A program made the translations under genes and the position numbers. Under the pieces are notes generated by a model. That model did not search any database. It was not told where the DNA came from and was given only the letters and a program-made list of their open reading frames with translations. Below, one piece after another: positions 18,087 to 25,996 of a DNA stretch of 64,000 nt. The first letter of the stretch is position 1; each line of letters opens with the position of its first letter. The DNA lies in NCBI GenBank assembly GCA_005792545.1, contig SXRM01000036.1, positions 5,437 through 69,436 on the forward strand, written 5' to 3'. The stretch is from Pseudomonadota bacterium. GTDB taxonomy: Bacteria > Myxococcota_A > UBA9042.

Positions 18087-18356
18087 CTAGAGATCGATTT
18101 TCGGCGTCTGAAGCACGTCGATCTCGCCAATCACGGCGTCACTGGGCGTCGTGCCGGCCCCGTCGCCCTTGGCGGCGGCGGTGTCGCTGGTATCGGAGCG
18201 CGCGAAAGCGTCGGCTCCCGAGGCGTCCGGTTGCGCGAGTGCGTCGCTCACGTCTGGCGCAAGGCACGAAGGCAGCCCGGCGACAGCACATGTGGCCAGG
18301 ACAAGGGCGAAATTGCAGCGAAAACGAGAAGTTATGCACACTCTCAGAACGTCCAT
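18087..18356 (-). CDS. possible small acidic secreted protein (89 aa), speculative
   Basis: ATG 18356 overlaps the end of the upstream TPR/2-TM gene (stop at 18344) by 13 nt. The N-terminus is hydrophobic (FALVLATCAVAGLPSC) and the rest is D/A/S-rich. I recognise no homology, and the first third has poor GC3. Confidence 0.25.
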   Translation of the reverse strand: MDVLRVCITSRFRCNFALVLATCAVAGLPSCLAPDVSDALAQPDASGADAFARSDTSDTAAAKGDGAGTTPSDAVIGEIDVLQTPKIDL

Positions 18357-19396
18357 TGCACCACCACCGCGCCGCCATCGGTCGGGATCACCACAACTGC
18401 GGGTCCCGCCGTTGATGCTGGCCGAAGCCAAAGCCACGTCGCCAACGCGGTCCCGAGTCCGCCGAGCGCAACGCCGGCTGCGCCGATCTGGTAGCGCGTT
18501 TTCAAGTCTCGCCGCTGACTTTGGTAGGCGGTCAGGCTGAGGTTGCCGGCCAGATACGCGCTGTTGTCGGCCGCAGAGTCGCTTGCGGCGGAACTCATGG
18601 CGCCTGCGCCGGCAAGCAGTGCAACCACGCCGGCGGCACCGACCGTCGCGGCGACCCAGTTGCTGCCCCCTGTCGACGGGTCGGGGCGCGCACCTGCGGG
18701 ACCGCCTGAAGGTGCTACTGGCGTCGTCGGGACGGTTCGGCCGGTCGTTTCCGCTGGCACATGGGCATCGCTGACTGGCTTTGCGGCGGGCGCGGGTGCT
18801 GGCAACACCCCTTCCTTTACCTTGGGCGCTGGCGGGTCTGGCGTACCGCTGGCGCACGGGTTGCAGGCCAACTCGCGGTCGTCTTGCGGTGCCAGCACGA
18901 CATCAAGACCGACACCGGAACAACCGGCAACATCGACGCGCAACTTGCGCCGCCCAGCCCTGGTCCACAGCACCCACGCAGTGTCGCGCGCCTGCATCGG
19001 TTCGCTGTCCACAGTCACAACCGCGGTGGCCACCGCAGGGGCGACGCGAACCGTGAGCCGTGCAAACCCTCGCGCCACCAGTTGTTTTTCAGTCACAAGT
19101 CGCTCGGACTGCGTCTTGGCCACTTCGCTGGCAACTGTTGCATGTTGCGCTGCGCGCCATAGCCAGAGTTCGGACGCAACCAGGTCGTTGTCCAGCGCGG
19201 CGGTCTTGCCGGCATTGAATGCGTAGCGCCACTGTGGCGCGATAGCGTACGCGCGCTCAAACATGGCTCTGGCGGCGCGCAAATCACCTGCGTTTGCCAA
19301 CTCCATTGCGGTCTTGTACGCCTGATCTGCCGGTTCGGCCGCCTCGGCGGCTTGGGGCGCGACCAGCGCAACCGCCAAATACCCCATCGCGCTCAT
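18344..19396 (-). CDS. TPR-like / Pro-rich / two-TM protein ending in a beta-strand + Phe (paralog of 55671..56486)
   Basis: ORF trimmed to ATG 19396 (MSAMGYLAVALVAPQAAEA signal). A TPR-like N-domain and a Pro-rich linker are followed by two Gly/Ala-rich TM helices. The C-terminus is ...IPTDGGAVVVQWTF. The gene is convergent with kinase 16198..18030. Confidence 0.65.
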   Translation of the reverse strand: MSAMGYLAVALVAPQAAEAAEPADQAYKTAMELANAGDLRAARAMFERAYAIAPQWRYAFNAGKTAALDNDLVASELWLWRAAQHATVASEVAKTQSERLVTEKQLVARGFARLTVRVAPAVATAVVTVDSEPMQARDTAWVLWTRAGRRKLRVDVAGCSGVGLDVVLAPQDDRELACNPCASGTPDPPAPKVKEGVLPAPAPAAKPVSDAHVPAETTGRTVPTTPVAPSGGPAGARPDPSTGGSNWVAATVGAAGVVALLAGAGAMSSAASDSAADNSAYLAGNLSLTAYQSQRRDLKTRYQIGAAGVALGGLGTALATWLWLRPASTAGPAVVVIPTDGGAVVVQWTF

Positions 19397-19883
19397 CGCG
19401 CACGCAAGGCTGAACCGAAGCCATGGACTCCTGCAGTTCCGCGTCTTGCACGGAGACGGCTGCCGCCCATGTCGGCAGGCGGCTTTGTGAATTGTCGAGC
19501 TAACCCACTGTGGTTCCACGAATTCTCGTTGGCCGGAGGCGGCGATTGCCCGCATCGTGGCGGGCGGCCGAACTGCGGGCAGACAGGTTAGTCGACACCG
19601 ATCGCCCAAACAAGGCCGCTCCGGCTCAGTCATGGCAAGGCTACCATAGGCTGCTGCAGTTTTCTGCCGCTGGCGATGATGCCCTGGCGCGAGGTCCGGG
19701 CATCGAGAATAACCGTGCAATCATATTTGCGCAGACATTGCGCACATTTACGGCCCCCAGCCTGGGTATTCGCCGACGCCAGCCGCATAATCCTTTACAG
19801 GACCAAATTGGTCCGATTTCAACGCATGCCCCTCACCAGGGTGGCGCAAACGGACAACTTTTGCCTGCGGGCGGAGGCACTTC

Positions 19884-22241
19884 ATGATCCAATCATTTGA
19901 ATTTCATCTGGTTTATCGTCGGTCCGCCGTGGCGCCGCTGCTGCTAGCAGCCGCCTTGGTCTGCGCGGTCGGCTGCGTCGAAGCCAAGCCAAAAGCAACG
20001 GCTGATGCCGCTGCCACAGTCGACGGTAAGGACGGCGCCGCAACCGACGCGGTGGCTTGCGAGGCGGCAAAAACGGCTTGCAACGGTACGTGTGCAGACC
20101 TGCAAGCCGACCCGGCGAACTGCGGCGCGTGCGGCAAGAGCTGTTCCGCAAAGGAAGTCTGCAATGCCGGCAAGTGCGCCGCAGGGTGCCCGAGCGGAAC
20201 CACCAATTGCAGCGGGGCATGCGTCGACCTTAAGACCAGCGCCGACCACTGCTCGGCATGCGGCAAAGCCTGCAGCTCAGCGGCCAATGGCAGTCCCCTC
20301 TGCGCCGACGGCCAATGCGGCATCGAGTGCAAGTCGGGATTCGCCAAATGCAACGGCGTCTGCGTGGACACCACGGGCGATGCCAAGAACTGCGGGGGAT
20401 GCGACAAGGCCTGCGCGGCGGTCGCCAATGGTGACGTCACCTGCGCGCAATCCAAGTGCAACACGGTGTGTAAGGCCAGTTTTGATTTGTGCGGCAACAA
20501 GTGTGTCTCAACCCAAAGTGAACCCCTGCATTGCGGCGGCTGCGACAAGCCCTGCGGCAAAGACACCGTCTGCGCGGGCGGCAAGTGCACCACGAGTTGC
20601 CCAGACGGTACGACCAACTGCGGCGGAGCGTGCGTAAACATGCAATCTGACACCGCCAATTGTGGAGCGTGCGCGCAGACGTGCACCTTTCCAACTAACG
20701 CGTCGCCCATCTGCAAAGGCGCGGCTTGTGCGTTCCAGTGCAAGGACGGCTTCGCTCAGTGCGGCATCGAATGCCTCGATACCAAAGGCGATCTGGAAAA
20801 CTGCGGCGGATGTGGCAACAAGTGCGCGAACCCGGCCAACGGTTCGGCTACGTGCAAAGAAGGCAAATGCGGCGTCGTCTGTCTGCCCTCCCATACCGAA
20901 TGCAACGGCAAATGCATCGACAAAGGCTCTGACTTCAACAATTGCGGCGAGTGCGGCAAGGTCTGTAGCCCAAATCAAGTGTGTTCAGGCGGCAAGTGCA
21001 CGACAAGTTGCCCGAGCGGAACCACCAACTGCAGCGGGTCCTGCGTCGATCTCAAAGCTGATCCGAGCAACTGCGACGTGTGCGGCGCCAAATGCAGTGC
21101 GCCCAGCTACGGCAAACCGGTTTGCTTGTCGGGCAAATGCGGCTTCGACTGTGACGCCAGCTTCGCCAAGTGCGGCGACTTGTGCATCGATACCGCCACG
21201 GACCTCGACAACTGTGGGAAATGTGGGACGAAGTGTGCAGTGCCCAACTTTGGCCAGCCGACCTGCGCTGCGGGCAAGTGTGGCGTCCAGTGCAACACCG
21301 GGTACACCGCCTGCGGTACGCAGTGCATCGACACCAAAAGCGACAAGGTCAACTGCGGCGGCTGCGGCAAGGCCTGCGGGTCGGATCAGGTCTGCTCGGG
21401 CGGCCAGTGCATCACGTCCTGCCCGGCGGCAACCACCAATTGCGGTGGCTCTTGCGTGGATCTCAAGACTGATGTGAAAAACTGCAACGGATGCGAAAAC
21501 TTGTGCACTGCGCCCGCCGACGGCGTGGCGAGCTGCGCCGCAGGAGCCTGTGGCTTCGATTGCTTGCCAGGAACCGCGAAATGTGGCGACAAGTGCCTGT
21601 CCCTAGCTGCCGACGTCAAGAACTGCGGCAAATGCGGGCAGGTCTGTGCGGCGCCAGGCGGGGGCGCGGCCACGTGCGCGGCCGGCGCTTGTGGCGTGAC
21701 GTGCAACACGGGCCTGACTTTGTGCAATGGCGCCTGCGTGAACCTGCAGTCCGACGCCGCCAATTGTGGCGGTTGCGCAAAAGCCTGCGGTTCTAATCAG
21801 GTGTGCTCGGGCGGTGCCTGTGTGACAAGTTGCCCGAACGGCACCACGCAGTGCTCCGGCGCTTGCATCAACACGCAGGGCGACGTCAAGAACTGCGGCG
21901 CTTGCGGCAAAGCGTGCTCGGCACCCGCAAATGGCGAACCCATTTGCAACACCAGCGCCTGCGACTTTTCGTGCGGCGCCGGGTTCACCAAGTGCAGCGA
22001 CAAGTGCCTGGATACCAAGGCTGACGCCAGCAATTGCGGCGGCTGCGGCAAGACCTGCGTTGCACCTGCTAATGCCGACGCAGCCTGCGCCAAGGGTGTG
22101 TGCGATTTTACCTGCAAGTCTGGATTCTCGCTGTGCAACGGCAAGTGCGTGGACACCAAGACCGACGGCGCCAACTGCGGATCCTGCGGCAAGGCCTGTC
22201 TGACGCCCACCGTCTGCAAAGCAGGCAGTTGCGGCTTGTAG
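19884..22241 (+). CDS. Cys-rich tandem-repeat lipoprotein (16 units ending D..NCG.CG..C)
   Basis: ATG start. LLLAAALVCAVGC is a lipobox. There are sixteen ~45-aa units, each with C.G.C(V/I)(D/N)....D..NCG(A/G/K)CG(K)xC. About 17% of residues are Cys. Confidence 0.8.
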   Translation: MIQSFEFHLVYRRSAVAPLLLAAALVCAVGCVEAKPKATADAAATVDGKDGAATDAVACEAAKTACNGTCADLQADPANCGACGKSCSAKEVCNAGKCAAGCPSGTTNCSGACVDLKTSADHCSACGKACSSAANGSPLCADGQCGIECKSGFAKCNGVCVDTTGDAKNCGGCDKACAAVANGDVTCAQSKCNTVCKASFDLCGNKCVSTQSEPLHCGGCDKPCGKDTVCAGGKCTTSCPDGTTNCGGACVNMQSDTANCGACAQTCTFPTNASPICKGAACAFQCKDGFAQCGIECLDTKGDLENCGGCGNKCANPANGSATCKEGKCGVVCLPSHTECNGKCIDKGSDFNNCGECGKVCSPNQVCSGGKCTTSCPSGTTNCSGSCVDLKADPSNCDVCGAKCSAPSYGKPVCLSGKCGFDCDASFAKCGDLCIDTATDLDNCGKCGTKCAVPNFGQPTCAAGKCGVQCNTGYTACGTQCIDTKSDKVNCGGCGKACGSDQVCSGGQCITSCPAATTNCGGSCVDLKTDVKNCNGCENLCTAPADGVASCAAGACGFDCLPGTAKCGDKCLSLAADVKNCGKCGQVCAAPGGGAATCAAGACGVTCNTGLTLCNGACVNLQSDAANCGGCAKACGSNQVCSGGACVTSCPNGTTQCSGACINTQGDVKNCGACGKACSAPANGEPICNTSACDFSCGAGFTKCSDKCLDTKADASNCGGCGKTCVAPANADAACAKGVCDFTCKSGFSLCNGKCVDTKTDGANCGSCGKACLTPTVCKAGSCGL
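20058..22238 (+). repeat. 16 tandem ~135-nt coding repeats, organised as a ~4-unit super-repeat
   Basis: Recurring NCGACGKSC / HCSACGKAC / NCGGCDKAC / ... / NCGSCGKAC. Every fourth unit carries 'QVCSGG.C.TSCP.GTT.C.G.C'. Confidence 0.7.
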
Positions 22242-22316
22242 CCGCGGAGAACGCAGTGCGCTCCCGGCGTGAGCAGTCCGCGACGATATCGCTGCGGCTG
22301 GTCGCGCCGGGGCGCC

Positions 22317-22892
22317 CTATTTGCCCGAGATTGTCCCCGTGACGTTGACGTCGACGCGCAGCGTCACGGTCGCCTCGACGGTGGTGTCCTGGGGCGGCGA
22401 GTGGCCGTCGACCTTGGTGGTCAGGCTCATATTCGGCGCCGTGACGTACGGCTTGAGGTCCACTTCGAGCAACTGCAAGTCTACCTGGCTTTGGTTGGCT
22501 GCAAAGGGCCCGCCTTTGGCGACCAGCTTCTTTTCGAGGCCACTGGATTCGGCAAAGAACTCAATGCTCTTGAAAAACGACAGATCCTGGCCACTCGGCG
22601 GTTTGACGACCCGCATGCGCAGCATTTTGAGCTTGATGGTGTCGATTTGGTTGGGCTTGACCCCCTGGTTCTGCATTTCCGTGGAATTGCTGAGTTGCAT
22701 GTCGCTGAGCGCCGCAAACCCAAGCGGCGTCAAGACCTGCGTAAGCAGCGACCCCGGCACGACTGTCTGGGCACTGCGCGTGATGTCAAAATCGTCCAGG
22801 CTGGTTCCGCTGGTGCACGCGGCCGCGAACGCGAACACCAACCACCGCGCGCTAAGGACCGGGAAAGCGTGATGGCGGAATTTTGTGGGCAT
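22317..22892 (-). CDS. lipoprotein, function unknown
   Basis: ORF trimmed to ATG 22892. The signal and lipobox are MPTKFRHHAFPVLSARWLVFAFAAAC. I recognise no family. Confidence 0.6.
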   Translation of the reverse strand: MPTKFRHHAFPVLSARWLVFAFAAACTSGTSLDDFDITRSAQTVVPGSLLTQVLTPLGFAALSDMQLSNSTEMQNQGVKPNQIDTIKLKMLRMRVVKPPSGQDLSFFKSIEFFAESSGLEKKLVAKGGPFAANQSQVDLQLLEVDLKPYVTAPNMSLTTKVDGHSPPQDTTVEATVTLRVDVNVTGTISGK

Positions 22893-23134
22893 GATGTTCC
22901 TTGGTGCGATTTTGGCACCCCTGGCGTGCGGCAAAGACTGGCACGCAGCGCAAGCAAGTACAACCGCCTTTGCGTGCCAACGGCGGCCTGCACCGCTTCG
23001 GCACTACACCGCATCCTGCCCGGCGTGACGCCAACGGCTTCTCAAGGTGCCCGCGCCCGACTCGGGCCGCTGCCTGCCAACGATTTGGTTGGGGTGTTCC
23101 GAATCGACCCTGCTCCCATTGCAGACGGTGAACA

Positions 23135-24922
23135 ATGCGCTACCACAGACTGACTGGCGAGATGCCGCGCGTGGTTGATCTGGCCCTCAGCGAAGATCAC
23201 TACGCCCAGATGCTCAGCATGTCATCGGAATTACATTGTATTATTGACGAGGACGGGTGCTTTTTGTTTCTCAACGCCGCTTGGAGCAAGGCGCTGGGTT
23301 ACTCTCTGGAAGAAGTGCGGCAGCAACCCCTGCTCTATTGGGTGCATCCCGAGGATCGCGATGCCACGGCCAAAGCGCTGACGCGCGCGCACGGCGGCGA
23401 GGTGCAAAATGGGGTCGAACAGCGTCTTGTTGCGCTAGACGGCCGCCCGGTGTTGGTGCGCTGGACATGGCAACGCACCGCAACACCACAGCAGGTTCTC
23501 GGCGTCGGACTGGACATTACCGCGGCGATGGCCGAAGCAAAGCTCTACCAAAGCGCGGTGGATGCGATAGAAACTGGCGTCATGATGATCAACGCAGCAG
23601 GGCAAATTGTGTTGGTTAATCGAAAGTTTGAGTCGATGTTCGGCCACTCCCGTGAACACATCATCGGCAAATCCATGCAAACTGTTGTGCCCGCTGCCGT
23701 AAGTCTGGCCCGCACCAGCCAATCGGTCAGGCTGCCGAATTCACCGGCCGCGCAGCCGGCCGCTGGGCAAGGAGATCAGTTTGGCGTTCGCAAAGACGGC
23801 AGTCAGGTACAGGTCGAGCTTCACATCAACTCAGTCGACACGAGCACCGAAAAATATTTGCTCGCGTCGATCGTGGACATTACCGATCGGATGCGCCAAG
23901 AGGAGCAACTGCGCGCCAACTTGGCGGAATTGCGCCGGCACCGCCACGAAATGCTGCTGTTGACCGAAATGTCTTCGCTGCTGCAGCACGCCGTTGCTGC
24001 GCCAGAGGCCTACGCCATTGTCTCGGCGTTTGCACCGCGACTGTTTCCTGATTTGCCGGTTTCCGTCTACGCCCTGGATCCCGACCAGCTTTTGCTGCAG
24101 CGCGTCGTCGTCGTCGGTGAGCACGGCGACGATGCCGGTCTGGATCCCAATGATTGCTGGGCGCTGCGCCGTGGCCAGGTGCATCGGTCGGCACTTGGTT
24201 TGCCGCCACAATGCAGCCATCGGCGTATGACGGCAAACGAGATCACGGTGTGCGTGCCAATGGCGGCCCACGGACGCAACCAGGGTCTGCTGGCCATTAC
24301 CGCAGATCGCGGACAGCTCGACCCGCAAGCCTCAGGTCCGCTCGAGTCGCTGGGCAAATCGGTTGCCGACCAACTGGCATTGGCACTGAGCAGCCTTGAC
24401 CTCCGGGCGAAGCTGCATCGGCTGTCGGTGCGTGATCCGCTCACGGACTTGTACAATCGCCGGTTTCTCGACGAAGCCGGCGAGCGGGAGTTGTCGCGCG
24501 CGCGCCGCCATGGCCAAAACGTCAGCGTGCTCTTGCTCGACTGCGACAACTTCAAGACCTACAACGACACGCATGGGCACATGGCCGGCGACGCCGCATT
24601 GCGCGAATTGGCGGAATTGTTACGGGCTAACGCGCGAAAAGAAGATGTTGTTTGCCGCTTTGGCGGCGAAGAATTCATGATCATCCTTTCTGCGACGGAT
24701 TGCGCCAGGGCCGCCCAGCAAGCAGAGCGGTTGCGGGTGGCCTGCCAAACTGCAACCCAAGGTCGGTTGACCGTGTCGATCGGCGTCGCCGTGTTTCCAG
24801 ACGATGCCACAGGTTGGACCGGGTTGGTGGCACATGCCGATGCAGCGTTGTATCAGGCCAAAGCGGCAGGCCGTAACTGCGTAAGGATATTTGCGATAGC
24901 CAACGCTCAGCCTGGCGAATAG
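23135..24922 (+). CDS. PAS/GAF-sensor diguanylate cyclase (GGDEF)
   Basis: Two PAS-like segments and a GAF-like region are followed by a GGDEF domain: RDPLTDLYNRRFL, LLLDCDNFKTYNDTHGHMAGD, and RKED (an RxxD I-site) 5 aa before GGEEF. An alternative start is ATG 23162. Confidence 0.9.
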   Translation: MRYHRLTGEMPRVVDLALSEDHYAQMLSMSSELHCIIDEDGCFLFLNAAWSKALGYSLEEVRQQPLLYWVHPEDRDATAKALTRAHGGEVQNGVEQRLVALDGRPVLVRWTWQRTATPQQVLGVGLDITAAMAEAKLYQSAVDAIETGVMMINAAGQIVLVNRKFESMFGHSREHIIGKSMQTVVPAAVSLARTSQSVRLPNSPAAQPAAGQGDQFGVRKDGSQVQVELHINSVDTSTEKYLLASIVDITDRMRQEEQLRANLAELRRHRHEMLLLTEMSSLLQHAVAAPEAYAIVSAFAPRLFPDLPVSVYALDPDQLLLQRVVVVGEHGDDAGLDPNDCWALRRGQVHRSALGLPPQCSHRRMTANEITVCVPMAAHGRNQGLLAITADRGQLDPQASGPLESLGKSVADQLALALSSLDLRAKLHRLSVRDPLTDLYNRRFLDEAGERELSRARRHGQNVSVLLLDCDNFKTYNDTHGHMAGDAALRELAELLRANARKEDVVCRFGGEEFMIILSATDCARAAQQAERLRVACQTATQGRLTVSIGVAVFPDDATGWTGLVAHADAALYQAKAAGRNCVRIFAIANAQPGE

Positions 24923-24953
24923 GGTTGCGCCAAACACCGGACGCGCCGTCGCT

Positions 24954-25835
24954 TCACGGCCCGGCGTCTGCCGCCATTGCCGCCCCTTCGACCAGCGACC
25001 AGCGCTTGCCCGCCACAACCCCCGAAAACACCTCGGTCTTGCCGCCCAGCCAGCGAGCCTCGACCTTGTCTATCGCCGGGTCCGGGCCGAGCCCGGAATG
25101 CACGCGCTTGGGCCCCTGCACGTTCCAGTGGCCGCCGCCCAGCCGTACGTCGCGCATCTGCACTTTGCCGCCCGCATGGACGTACAAGCGTACGCCAACC
25201 GCATCGCGGCTGCTTTGGGTTCCACGCAGGTCAAATTGCACCCAGTGGCCCTCGCCGCCCAGGCGGTTGTCCAACTGGGGCACGTGCGGCTTCTCCGGCG
25301 CGCTCGCAAACATCAGGTCCAGGTCGCCATCGCGATCGGCGTCGAGCCACACCACCCTGCCGGCCCGGTGCAAGGCCGCGCCGGCCTCGTAGGTCACGTC
25401 GACGAAGCCATTTGGGTGGTCGTTGCGGTAGAGGCGCGTGTTGTGGCCGGGATAGACGCCGGCGATGACCAGATCCAGGTCGCCGTCGTTGTCGTAGTCG
25501 CCCCAGGCGGCGTCGATGTCGCCTTCGTCGTAGAGGATGCCCGAGGCCTGCCGCACGTCTTGAAACTGCCAGCCCGGTGGGCCCAGGTTGTTGCCGAGCA
25601 CGCTGGTGTCGCTCCACGGCTGCGTGCGTGGGTGGGCGAGGTTGCACACGAACACGTCCATGTCGCCGTCGTTGTCGTAATCGGCGAACTCGGCGCCGTA
25701 GGTGTGGCCACCTGTCAGGCCCAACGCCTTGACGTCGGCTGGCGGCATGATTTCGACCTGGTGCAGCCCGACCAGTGGCGCCACATCGGTGAACGCGCCC
25801 TTGCCGTCGCCCGGTAGATTGAAGGTCTGCCAGGT
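24954..25835 (-). pseudogene. N-terminally truncated CRTAC1 / FG-GAP(VCBS) + ASPIC-UnbV family fragment
   Basis: The frame is open only from 25835 (stop at 25836-25838). It contains DYDNDGDMDVFV and DYDNDGDLDLVI (FG-GAP/VCBS Ca-binding loops) and a UnbV_ASPIC-like tail (GHWVQFDLRGTQSSRDAVGVRLYV...VEARWLGG). There is no signal peptide or plausible start, and family members are normally much longer. Confidence 0.6.
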
Positions 25836-25996
25836 CTACGCCGACGGCGCCGTGACCTCTGCCTCGATCGGCGGCATCACGTCGCGCGACAAGTCGGCCA
25901 TTTTTGCCACGGCCCCGGGTAGCTGCGGCCACAGGTGTCCATCACGCGCAACCGCACCTTGCCGGCACCCCTTAGCGCACATGCCCCCGCGTTGCT

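Noticed and set aside
22914-22930. Sigma-54-like TGGCAC boxes (TTGGCACCCCTGGCGTGC at 22914-22930; TTGGCACAGGTTGGCC at 51879-51894).
   Set aside because: The GG-N10-GC spacing required for -24/-12 promoters is not met (N8/N12 and N9), and no enhancer-binding protein gene is adjacent.
23129-23137. TGAACAATG at the start codon of the PAS-GGDEF gene, a possible fifth copy of the conserved element.
   Set aside because: Only 9 nt match, and the G-run and GATC are absent (..ATGCGCTACC..). This is too short to distinguish from chance.
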